From: Azolla caroliniana
Taxonomy: Eukaryota; Plantae; Polypodiophyta
Length of the DNA: 64,000 nt
NCBI GenBank assembly: GCA_043228905.1
Contig: JBHGNT010000013.1
Location: 20,584,001 to 20,648,000 of the forward strand
Direction: 5' to 3'
Part shown: positions 50,241 to 61,142 of the stretch, one piece after another
Numbering within the stretch: the first letter of the stretch is position 1
Layout of the letters: the number at the start of each line of letters is the position of its first letter
Made by a program: the position numbers and the translations under genes
Notes under the pieces: generated by a model
The model's database searches: none
What the model was told of the DNA's origin: nothing
Seen by the model: the letters and a program-made list of their open reading frames with translations, nothing else

Positions 50241-53200
50241 ACCTGTACGATAAAACCGAAGAAACCTTGTACCATAGGTAGGGAATTTTTGTTCTCCGAC
50301 AGCGGAGCGTGTGCGATGGTCGGCATCGCCGGCCGAGAGAAAACAAAGACGGAGGCGAGACTTCGAGCGTGCGGAGTTCTCGGCCCGGACGAGGAAATCA
50401 ACGGAGCCGTGGAGGCGGTCTCATTCGACGACACCTTGGGAATGCTGGGAAAGGTAGTCGAAAAAGGCCTTAACGAAGACCGGACGATACCGGTGTGTTC
50501 CGAGGAGATGTACGAAGTCATCGCGGACTTCGGTCGAGGGCTCGAGTCAGTTCGGACGGCCCACGTAAACACCAAGTACAAGACTGTGGACCGGAAGGTA
50601 AGGCCAGTAGCGGCACCCTTACCGGAGGACAGCGCGTCGAGAATCAAAGGGGTTGCGTCGGACCCTAGCCTACGAGATCCGGCCTGCATAGGGCACACCT
50701 TCACTGACGAGACGCTCCGAGAGCTCAAAATCGGTGGGGGCGGGTTCCTACTGCCGGCGGAGGAGGACCGGTTTCGGAGAATGCTCGGAAGGCACGGGAA
50801 AGCCTTCGCATTCTCGCCGGAGGAAATCGGGTGCGTGGACCCGACGATCGTAGAGCCGATGGTGATATTCACGGTACCGCATGTACCGTGGAATCTCAAG
50901 CCAATCTCGGTTCCGAGAGCTCACATCCCGAAGTTGATGAAGCTGTTGAAGCAGAAAGTTGATATGGGCATTCTCGAGCCGTCGAGCGCCCCGTATTCAA
51001 ACCGATGGTTTACCGTACCGAAGAAAAACGGTTCGCTGCGCTTCATCCAGGACCTGCAGCCGGTCAATCGAGTGACCATTCGGAACGCAGGGATCGGACC
51101 GACCATAGACGAGTTCGCGGAGGCCTTCGCCGGAAGGTCAATTTACTCGGTCGGGGATCTATACTCAGGGTACGACCAGTTCCAGCTTGCCGTGGAGAGC
51201 AGAGACATTACGACGATGCGAACTCCCCTCGGCCTAGTTCGGATGTGTACACTGCCGCAAGGAGGGACCAACTCGGTGGCCCACATGGTGAATGCGATGA
51301 ACAAGGTGCTGAGGGACTACATCCCGAACATCACCATGCCGTTTCTAGACGACATCCCGATCAAGGGGTGCCCGGTGGAAGAGAAGGACGAGACGGTCGG
51401 ACCGGACGGATGCCGGCGATTCGTGGTGACGCACATCGACGACTGCGAGAAGGTGCTGCAAAGGCTAGAGGAAGCGAGACTCACCTTCTCCGGGGAGAAG
51501 TCGGCCTTCGAGCAGTCAGAAATCATGGTGGTCGGACACCTGTGCGGACCGTACGGCCGGAAACCGTCTCCGGCAAAGGTAGAAGCCATCTCCGCGATGA
51601 AGCCCGACTGCAGCTCGGTCACGGAAGTACGGAGATTCCTGGGGGCATGCGCGTTCTACCACATATGGATCCCGCATTACGCACACCTCGCGGAGCCACT
51701 GTACGGGTTGCTGAAAAAGGGGCGAAGGTTCGAATGGCTAGACGAGCACGCGGAATCGGTCCGGAAGCTGAAAGAGGCCCTTGCAGCGGCACCGGCGCTC
51801 CGGAAGGCGGTATACGGGAAGGGTACCCCGGTATTCATAACGGTGGATACCAGTCCGACCGGGATCGGATGGGTCGTGAACCAGGAAGACGAGGACGGCA
51901 ATCGGTTCCCGATCCGATTCGGCGCGAAAGTCCTCAGTGAACGGCAGCGAGGATACGCCCAGGTTAAACGCGAACTCTGGGGTATTGTTTCGGCGGTTAA
52001 GGCCGACAAAGACTACCTGATAGGGACGGAAGTGATCATCGAGACGGATTGCCTGCCGATCCTCGGAATGGTTTCCGGATGCGCGACTCCGGACCTGGCG
52101 ATGCTCAGGTGGATAGCGTACATCAAGTCCCTGGACCCGGAAATACGACACATTTCCGGGAAAGACAACGCCATGGCCGACATGCTTTCGAGGGCGAGGT
52201 TCGACGACGAGGGCGGCATGGTTTCGGAAGACGAAGAAGTCGGCGTGGATTTCTTCGAGGCGGCATACATAACGACCGACGGGGTGAGCACTCCGGCGCT
52301 TAACGAGTTCGACGCGAGCAAGTACGACGAGGAGTGGCTGCAGATCGGCGGGTTTTTGAAGACAATGACGCCCGATGCGTCATGGACAAAGGACGAGGCC
52401 AACCGGATCCGGAAGAAAGCATATCGATTCTTTCTCCGAGATGGGCATCTATGGAAGCACCCGAAGAAGAGGGACGGCGTCCCGCTCCGGGTGGTGGCGA
52501 TGAAGGAGGTACAGGAGGAGCTACTGGCGGCCTACCACGACAGCCCTTGGGCTGGACACCGTGGAACGTGGGCGACGTTTGAGAAGCTGAAGGGGAAGTA
52601 CTGGTGGCCGGGATTGTACCGGGACGTGCATCGGTTCGTGTCAACTTGCGAGAGTTGTCAGATGCACTCGGTAGTCCGACACCGGGACGGGCTTCACCCT
52701 ACGTACCCTCCGACTATCCACTTCAAATGGATGGTAGATCTGGTGACGATGCCGATGGGGGTAGGACAGATGCGGTATCTGGTCCTAGCGCGGGAAGACC
52801 TGACGAACCAGGTGGAAGGCCGGGCCCTTCAGAACAAGACGACCGCGGCCGTGTGTCGGTTCCTAGTCGAGGACGTGATATGCCGGTACGGGTGCGTCGG
52901 GAAGATCGTGGCTGACCGAGGGGAGTTGGACGCCGAAGAGGCCGCGGAGCTGTTCGACCGGCTTGGAGTCAAGCTCTCGCTCACCACTGCGTACAATCCG
53001 GAGGCGAATGGGAAGGTGGAGCGCGGACACAGACCGATCGTCAAGGCGTTGATTCGGGCATGCGGAGGCCGAGTCGGTAACTGGCCGCAGCTGCTACCTT
53101 ATGCTTTGTGGGCCGACCGGACTACGCACAGTTCGGTAACCGGGTACATGCCGACAGAGCTCATGTTCGGCCAGAAGCCGATCATGCCGATTGAACGGAC

Positions 53201-53672
53201 GATCTCCTCGTGGGCAACGGTCGATTGGAGGGACGAGATGAGCCGGGAGGAGTTGTTGGCCGCACGTATACGACAGCTCGAGCGAAGACCGGAGGACGTG
53301 GCACTGGCTACGGAAAAGCTCCGGGTGGCGAGGACAAAGAACAAAGCCCGGTTCGACCGAACGCACCGGCTACGACCGAAGAAAATCGACGAAGGTGACT
53401 GGGTGCTCGTCTACGACAGCAGCCTCGACAACCAGCACCGAGCAACAAGGAAGTTCGCACGGAGATGGTTCGGGCCGTACACGGTACAGAGCGCCAACGA
53501 CAACGGGACGTATCATCTGGCGGAACTCGACGGTACGAGAATAGCGATACCCGTGGCCGGGAAGAGGATCAAAGCTTTCAAGAAGCGGCACGACGACGAG
53601 CCCGACCCGATTCTCCTGAACAGCAGCGACGACCGATCCGGGGCCGAGGAAGGGCCGGCAGGCGAAGAGTAG
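50181..53672 (+). CDS. pol: Pol (RT-RNaseH-integrase) in the -1 frame, open from the slippery site
   Basis: RFIQDLQPVN, DLYSGYDQ, LPQG, FLDD (RT); VDTSPTGIG, KRELWG, ETDC, NAMADMLSR (RNase H); H-H-CxxC, D-D-E and GPY (IN); no chromodomain seen. Confidence 0.93.
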   Translation, partial: LERAAKAWGRDSPDTPGKPHTCTIKPKKPCTIGREFLFSDSGACAMVGIAGREKTKTEARLRACGVLGPDEEINGAVEAVSFDDTLGMLGKVVEKGLNEDRTIPVCSEEMYEVIADFGRGLESVRTAHVNTKYKTVDRKVRPVAAPLPEDSASRIKGVASDPSLRDPACIGHTFTDETLRELKIGGGGFLLPAEEDRFRRMLGRHGKAFAFSPEEIGCVDPTIVEPMVIFTVPHVPWNLKPISVPRAHIPKLMKLLKQKVDMGILEPSSAPYSNRWFTVPKKNGSLRFIQDLQPVNRVTIRNAGIGPTIDEFAEAFAGRSIYSVGDLYSGYDQFQLAVESRDITTMRTPLGLVRMCTLPQGGTNSVAHMVNAMNKVLRDYIPNITMPFLDDIPIKGCPVEEKDETVGPDGCRRFVVTHIDDCEKVLQRLEEARLTFSGEKSAFEQSEIMVVGHLCGPYGRKPSPAKVEAISAMKPDCSSVTEVRRFLGACAFYHIWIPHYAHLAEPLYGLLKKGRRFEWLDEHAESVRKLKEALAAAPALRKAVYGKGTPVFITVDTSPTGIGWVVNQEDEDGNRFPIRFGAKVLSERQRGYAQVKRELWGIVSAVKADKDYLIGTEVIIETDCLPILGMVSGCATPDLAMLRWIAYIKSLDPEIRHISGKDNAMADMLSRARFDDEGGMVSEDEEVGVDFFEAAYITTDGVSTPALNEFDASKYDEEWLQIGGFLKTMTPDASWTKDEANRIRKKAYRFFLRDGHLWKHPKKRDGVPLRVVAMKEVQEELLAAYHDSPWAGHRGTWATFEKLKGKYWWPGLYRDVHRFVSTCESCQMHSVVRHRDGLHPTYPPTIHFKWMVDLVTMPMGVGQMRYLVLAREDLTNQVEGRALQNKTTAAVCRFLVEDVICRYGCVGKIVADRGELDAEEAAELFDRLGVKLSLTTAYNPEANGKVERGHRPIVKALIRACGGRVGNWPQLLPYALWADRTTHSSVTGYMPTELMFGQKPIMPIERTISSWATVDWRDEMSREELLAARIRQLERRPEDVALATEKLRVARTKNKARFDRTHRLRPKKIDEGDWVLVYDSSLDNQHRATRKFARRWFGPYTVQSANDNGTYHLAELDGTRIAIPVAGKRIKAFKKRHDDEPDPILLNSSDDRSGAEEGPAGEE

Positions 53673-56600
53673 AGGCGGGCCGGTTTTCTCCGTGCCAACT
53701 TAATTTGGCGCATGCCGGTGGATGCGCGGTTAGGTGGGGGCGGATGTCGTGAAGAAAACCGCCAACAAGAGGAATCGGAGGAACAAGGCGTGGGAAACGG
53801 CTCTACACACACACGCGCGCCAAGAAGTACCTAAGGACGAAGTAGGTACATACGAGGATCCTAGGCGGGTAGATTCGGTTGGTAAGCAGTTAATGCAAAA
53901 CGGCCTCTTGACGGGCTATAAAAGGAAGAGGAAGAATAGAAGTCGGACATCTCCCGCGGAGAGGACAAAGTGCTGCCGAACCGATTTCGGAGCTTCTCCC
54001 TCACTCCTGCTCTCTCTGTCTTCTGCTCCATCGCGTACCTGTGCAGGTTTCGAGGAGGCTTGCGCTGTTCCGTGGAACGCCCCGAGTGCGTCCTGCAGCA
54101 CCTCCGACCTGTTTTACCTTTCTGTGCGTCGCGACATACAGGGGTCGGCAGCTGTTCGCCGCCCTGTTCGTTTTCGTTAGTATCTATTTTGTGCCCCACC
54201 GTGGGTTGTAATACTTTAGTCTGCTATTTTTCTTGCATTCATAAGTACATATCTCTCGTTGTTGCGTCCATCTGCGTCGGCGTTCATTTGTGATCTCTGT
54301 TTGTTGGGCCGTGTCCCTGTGCAATCGTCGGTTCTGCGCAATCGGATCTTCGGTTCTGTGTAATCGGGTCTCTCTCTTATCTCTCTCTCTCTCTTGCTCT
54401 TCGGTTCGAGACCCCCGTGGTCCCTCCTCCTTTCTACACGCAAGGGCGTAGCAACCCCGACAACGTTCTACCTTTCCATTCGCCTCCGGATTGTATGCCG
54501 TAGTGAGGGAGAGTTTGACCCCTAGCTGGTCGACCAGCTCCTCAGCCTCCCTCGCATCCAGCTCTCCCCGGTCCGCAATGATCCTCCCGACGCACCCGTA
54601 TCGACACACTACCTCTTCAATCAGGAACCGGCATACCGCCGCGGTTGTCTTGTTCTGCAGTGCACAACCTTCCACCTGGTTCGTTAAGTCTTCTCACGCA
54701 AGCACCAAGTATCGCATCTGTCCTACTCCCATCGGCATCGTCACCAAGTCTACCACTCACTTGAAATGGACCGTAGGCGGGTAGGTCGGGTGTAGCTCAT
54801 CCCGATGTCGGACCACGGAGTGCATCTGACAGCTTTCGCAAGTCGTTACGAACCGATGCACGTCCCGGTACAGCCCCGACCACCAGTACTTCTCCTTCAG
54901 CTTCTTGAATGTGGCCCACGTTCCGTGGTGCCCGGCCTAGGGACTCTCGTGAAATGCCACCAGTAGTCCCCCTTGTTCTTCTTTCCTTGCCACTACTCGG
55001 AGCGGAATGCCGTTTTTCTTCTTTGGGTGCCTCTATATACACCTGTCCCGCAGGAAGAATCGGTACGCCTTCTTCCGTACCCGGCTCGCCTCTTCTCTTG
55101 TCCACGCTGCATCCGGCGTCATCGCCCGTAGGAACCTCCCGATTTGGAGCCACTCCCCGTCGTACCTGCTTTCATCAAATTCGTTAAGCGCCGGAGTGTC
55201 CCCTTTCCTCGTTGTTACGTTAGCCGACCCGAAGAAGTCCTCGCCGACTTCTTCGTCATCCGAAACCATCTCGTCTTCGTCGTTGAACCTCGCTCTCGAA
55301 AGCATGTCGGCCATGGCATTATCTTTTTCGGATATGTGCCGTATCTCCGGGTTCAGGGACTTAACGTATGCTATCCACTGGAGCATTGCTAGGTCCGGCG
55401 TCGCGCATCCGGAAACCATGCCGAGTATCGGCAGGCAGTCCGTCTCGATGATCACCTCCGTCCCGATCAAATAGTCCTTGTCGGCCTTGACTTCCAAAAC
55501 GATACCCCAAAGCTCACGCTTAACTTGGGCGTATCCTCGCTGCCGCTTGCTCAATACCTTCGCCCCGAACCGGATCGGGAACCGTACACCGTCCTTGTTC
55601 TCCTGACTGATTACCCACCCGATCCCGATCGGGTTCGTGTCCACTATCACGCAAATGGGGACATCCTTGCCGTAAACCACTTTTCGGAGAGCCGGTGCTA
55701 CCATAAGCACCTCCTTTAGTCTTCGTACCGACTCTGTGTGCTCCGTCCTCCACTCAAAGCTACGCCCCTTTTTCAATAGTCTGTAGAGGGGTTCCGCGAC
55801 ATGTGCGTAGTGCAGGATCCAGATGTGGTAGAACGCGCATGCACCCAAGAATCTGCGGAGCTCTGTAACCGACCTACAATTGTTCCTCATCGTGGAGATG
55901 GCCTCTACCTTTGCCGGTGTCCGACCACCAGGGTTTCCGACTGCCCAAACACGGATTTTTCTCCAGAGAAGGGACTCGTGCGTTTTCGAGCCTCTGCAAC
56001 ACCTTCTCGCAGTCGTTGATGTGGTTCTCGATGAACCTCCGACATCCGTCTGTCCCGTCAGTCTCGTCCACATCTTCCACCGGACACCCCTTTATCGGGA
56101 TATCGTCCAAGAATGGCATGGTGATGTCCGGGATGCAGTCCCTGAGCACCTTGTTCATTGCGTTCACCATATGCGCCACCGAATTTGTCCCTTCTTGTGG
56201 TAGGGTACACATTCGTACTAGGCCGAGAGGAGTTCGCATCGTCGTGATATCCCTGCTCTCCACGGCTAGCTGGAACTGGTCGTACCCCGAGTATAAGTCA
56301 CCGACCGAATAGATCGATCTTCCAGCGAAGGCCTCCGCGAACTCGTCTATGGTCAGTCCGATTCCTGCATTACGGATGGTCACCCTGTTGACCGGTTGCA
56401 GGTCTTGAATGAAGCGTAGCGTGCCGTTCTTCTTCGGCACCGTAAACCACCGATTCGAATACGGGGCACTTGACGGTTCGAGGATGCCCATCTCCACCTT
56501 CTGCTTCAGAAGCTCTATCAACTTCGGGATGTGAGCTCTCGGCACTGGAATCGGTTTGAGATTCCATGGTACATGCGATACCGTGAAGATCACCATCGGT

Positions 56601-58987
56601 TCGATGATCGTCGGGCCCACGCATTTGATCTCCTTCGGCGAGAATGCGAAGGCTTTCCCATGCCTTCCAAGCATTCTCCGAAACCTGTCCTCCTCCGCCG
56701 GCAGTAGGAAGCCACCCCCACCGACCTTGAGCTCCCGTAGCGTTATGTCGGTGAACCGGTGCCCTATGCCAGCCGGATTCCGTAAACTTGGGTCCGATGT
56801 GACCCCTTTTATCTGCTCCTCGCTGCCCTGCGGCAAGGGTGCCGCGACTGGCCTCACCTTCCGGTCCACAGTCTTGTACTTTGTATCCACGCAGGCCGTC
56901 CGATCCGACCCGATCCTTTCCCCGAAGTCCGCGATGGCTTCGTACATTCCCATCGATCCTACCGGAACGGTCTGGTCTTCTCTAAGGTCTTCACCGATCA
57001 CCTTTCGCAACTCGCCCTAGGAGTCGTCAAAAGAGACCGCCTCCCCGGCTCCGCTGATCTCTTTGTCGGGAGAGAGGACTCCGCATCTCTTGAGCCGCTC
57101 CTCCGCTCGCTTCCTTTCCCGGCCGCTGACGCTGGCTATAATACAACCTCCGTTTTTGGAAAACCAAAACTTCCTACCTACTGTACATGTGTGGGGTTCT
57201 TTCGGTACATCTGGACTACCGCGGTCCCACGCCTTGATAGCCCTCTCTAAAAATCCCCTCGGTTGTCGCCGCCGAGGGGCTCGCGATTCCTCTCATGGTT
57301 CGGACGTACGGTCATGAATTGGACGGAATGCCGACCGTCTTGGCTCTTGACGCACGCATACGTCGAACCGTTCTCCAGCACCTTCGTCTCCATGCGTGTT
57401 GCCGTAATGTATGGTTCGCCGAGAATCACCGGGTGCGAGGATGTTTCCTGCACAAAGAAATGTTGATCTATCTCGATGTCACCAACCTTTACGTGTATAT
57501 TCGGGCACGCGCCATGCAGGTCCTCCGTAGCACACGTCGCCGCGCGTATCTTCCAGCCATGCTTAGTGTTGATCGGCCATTTACCCCTCTTGTAGAAATC
57601 CATGGACATAAGGTTGATTTCGGATCCATGGTCTACCAAGGCCACCACCGATTCCGGAACGTCGCCGATCCGCACAGGGGTTTCCGTAGGTTCCCTGGCC
57701 CAATGCGGCTTCGCGTAGTGGCTTTCCGCCAACTCGTCTTCTAGGGCCATGTCTTCTAAGTACGTAGTTCGCACCTCCACCGGCTTCTCCGGTTCTAGAT
57801 CCATCGAGAGCCTCTTCCGCTTCACCAGGTCTACGATGGAGTCGTGGAACTCCCTCTTGGCGATTCCCAACACCTCCCGCAACGACAACTCCACTTTACT
57901 GTCGAGGATACGTTCCTCCAGGACCTTTCGCAGGTCTATGGTCCTTTTGATTTCGGTGCTCAACCGAAACCCCGCCTGCTTCTTCCCATCCGGCACACTG
58001 GGGTTGCCGGCACCGGTCGGTTTCGGTCCGAACCGGGTCTCATACCTCTGCGGGGGACCGACCCCTCCGGCCTTTCTTGCCCATTTGTCTTCCACCAGAA
58101 CCTCGTAGTTCTGGCAATCCGGTGACCTCCTAGACCCGTTATTCCGCGCAATCCACCTCTTCCTTCTTCAACCGAACTCCGGAGAGGCCTTCTAGCACTA
58201 GCGACCAGAATCCGGAGTCCTCTGCCTTCCGGGTCTGCTCACCTCCGACCCGAATTCCCGCCGACACTGAGTAGTTAACGACTTCTACGTGTCGTGCCGC
58301 GGCCTCTTCCATCAACTTCTTCATTCCTCCGCGCCCCGTATTAACTTCTAGGGCTCTCCGGGTCTCGCTCGCGTGCACCCGCCCGTTCCAGAAGTACACC
58401 ACGTTGGTCCTGAGTGCGTCGGCGAAATCCGCGCAATCCTTCCGAATGTGACCGATCACGTCACACCACATGCACCACTGCCCAGCCGGCGGCCGCCGGT
58501 CGCGAGGTTGTTCGCAGCTGTCTCTCCGGGCCTGTGCGATCTGCAGGTCGCGCACCATCTGTGTCAGCTCCTCCAGAGCCGCTCCTCCGGATGGGCCTCT
58601 GACCACGTCCTTCGATGTTGACCCTGACTCTGACCAGATTCGGGTCTCTTCCTTCCTACCGGTCGGCACCGATACCGACTCCTCGAGCCTCCTCCCCGGA
58701 ACCGGCCCTGACCCCGACAAGCTTTCGTCGCTCCAATCGCGCCGTTTGTCGAAACGGCTACAGACCCGTTTTACCACGGCCCAGTCTGCCGTGAGCCCTT
58801 CGTCCGTTTCCAATAGGGGACCCACCTTTTCCCTATCGAGTGCGTCCACCGACTTGACAAACAGTAGTACTCGACTCGTTTCGAGCACCGTCCGGTCCAG
58901 CGTCGACAACCGCGCGAACTGTTTTTCGAACTCCTGGAGGAGCACCGACGTGTTCCTCCCTTTTCCGGGGCTTTCCACCCACGCCAT

Positions 58988-59615
58988 TGTCGGGGACTGT
59001 ACGCTCCTTATACGCAACGCTCGGCCGCAACCGAGCTTAGAATCATACACAGAGAATGGGAAATAAAGAACGACACAATGGAAGAGACGAGTACGCAGGA
59101 TGTTTACGTGGAAAACCCAAACTAAGGGAAAAACCACGGTAGCCCATAGGCTGCAAACTATCACTATGTTAAAATGTACAACTGTGAGTTCACGGAGGCA
59201 ACGACCTCGTGCTCACGATCCTCGCCACAGGCGGCGGTTACAACAGAGGCAATGACCTCTTTCTCTCTCTCTCTCTCTCTCTGTACACAGTTACACGCTC
59301 TCTCTCTCCTTTCACCAACGAGAATGACAACAACCACATAAAAGTTTGCCCTAAGTCATATTTATACTAATATGACTTTTCGGCTATTTACAAATATAGC
59401 CACGATGGACTCTCAGAAACATATTTACAAATATGTCTCTTCATCCGGAGAGCGCTCCTCACCGGGCCTGCATCATCCGGATCTTGTCGGGCACTCGTCA
59501 TCCGGTTCTCACTGGGTCTGCACCATCCGGCTCTCCGTAGCCGGGTACTCCTCATCCAGTTTCCCATCGGCACTGTTCTTCTCTCTTCCCATCTGGAGGG
59601 ACCTGTCTCCCAACA
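58988..59615 (-). mobile_element. Solo LTR (probably Copia-type) inserted in gag of the decayed Ty3
   Basis: TGTCGGG...CCCAACA ends, 5-bp TSD GCCAT (58983-58987 and 59616-59620); removing it restores gag ...FMAWVESPGK. Confidence 0.9.
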
Positions 59616-60686
59616 GCCATGAAGTCCCGCCTCGACAGCCGAAGCGAGTCGTCAAACCCGTACTTCTCGAGGAGCCGCACTCGAACTCCTCCCAAGTCTG
59701 GCATCCGGCCAGCACCTCAAGCACCTCCGCGTGGATGCCCGGCGTCACCACCCAAGGGAATCCGGACAGCCGCCTGTCCACCGGGATATCCCTCATGATC
59801 ATTTCGGCCCGATAAGCCTCCAAATAACTTGCGGCGTCTTTCCCTCCGAACCAGCCTATAGTGCCGACGATCGATTTAATGGCTCTGTCGAGGGTACTCG
59901 TCCCCTCACGAGCGCTTACCAACCGGTCGACGGCTACCGCCATTGCGTCTGCTAGCTCCGATCCCCTCATCTTTCGACTCCTTTGCTACCCTTTCACGTC
60001 GGGTTCACCAAATATGTCGCGTTGTTACGCGCGTGCGTGTAGAAGGGGGCAAGACCATGGGGGTCTTTGACCGAAGAGAGAGAGAGAGAACAAGAGAGCG
60101 AGAGATTCACAGACACGCAGAAGCGAGAAGGAGAGATATAGAACGGAACACTTAATTACAATGACAAGATATTACAAACTCCGACGGTTACTACCGGCAA
60201 GGCGGCGATAGGCCCGACACGGGGACCCTACTCTCGCACACGGACGGAAAACAGTGGACCCAGAGAAACGCAGAAGGAAAAGCCTCTGCTGGCAGCGCAC
60301 GGGCTACCCACGAAGCAGAGGCGTCAAACTCCCAGCACCCACAGAGAATGCCGGTCGGAGGAGGAGAGAGAGTTCGCCCTTGGTCCTGCAGCACCTCGTC
60401 CTCCTTAACGCGCGATACCTCTATCTTCCTTCTCTGCCTCCTTAAATAGTTCGCAAAAGGGGGGGGTGCCCCCTTTCTCCCTAGTCAAATCACTTTATTC
60501 CCTGTCCTTTTTGACACAGATATGCACAATCCGCTAATAAATGTGTCCTACTTAGTATTTACATCAGCCGATCTATTTATGAATCATGTACAAAATATCA
60601 AAATCTCAATTCACGTCCATCCGTGTAAGAGCTGGTCCATGCGCCCTTTTCTCCGATTCCGCCTATGGCCGGTTTTCTTCATGACA

Positions 60687-61142
60687 ACGGGCATGAGAGA
60701 CCATGTCGGTCCTCGCCGAGAGTTGGAACACGAACACCAACGGGCGTGAGCGACCATGTGTGGTCCTCACCGAGAATTGGAACATGAACCGTAATGGGCA
60801 TTAACGACCATGTCGGTCCTCGCTGAGATGTGGAACATGAAAAATAACTAGAGTGAGCCACCATGTGCGGTCCTCACCGGAGACTGGAACACGAACGGGA
60901 GTGAGCGACCATGCGGCCGTCACCGGAAACATGAACACAAACGGGAGTGAGCAGCCATGCGTGGTCCTCACCGGGAACAGGAACACGAACGGGCATGAGC
61001 GACCATGCGGCCCTCACCAGGAACTCGAACACAAATGGGAGTGAGAGACTATGAGGCCCTCACCAGGAACTCGAACATGAACACCAACAAGAGTTAGCGG
61101 CCTTGTGGGCCCTCACCGGGAACTAGAACACAAACACGAATG
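60687..61142. repeat. Same tandem array (right part, ~9 units), separated from the left part by the Ty3 insertion
   Basis: Same consensus; resumes mid-unit (ACGGGCATGAG) right after the Ty3 LTR end at 60686. Confidence 0.9.

Larger units (their letters stand above)
47297..54462 (+). mobile_element. Intact, very young Ty3/gypsy LTR retrotransposon; 718-bp LTRs 47297-48014 and 53745-54462
   Basis: No differences noticed between the LTRs; 4-bp TSD ACGT; PBS TGGTGAACCCGACGTGA (48018-48034, tRNA-Trp); PPT GGTGGGGGCGGA; open gag-PR and pol frames. Confidence 0.97.
45914..60686 (-). mobile_element. Decayed autonomous-type Ty3/gypsy element; LTRs 45914-46575 and 60015-60686; interrupted by two later insertions
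   Basis: tRNA-Trp PBS 59994-60010, PPT after 46575, TSD ATGG/ACGG; gag-PR (59970-57247) and RT-RH-IN (57246-54463, continuing 47296-46645) carry stops and frameshifts. Confidence 0.93.

Noticed and set aside
58997-59164. Hydrophobic N-terminus on ORF 58139-59164 suggesting an env-like or membrane Gag
   Set aside because: It comes from read-through into the inserted solo LTR (TSD GCCAT), not from the element's own gag.
36963-60445. Numerous overlapping 60-310 aa ORFs in the GC-rich region
   Set aside because: Shadow frames of GC-rich retroelement, LTR and tandem-repeat sequence with no recognisable domains.
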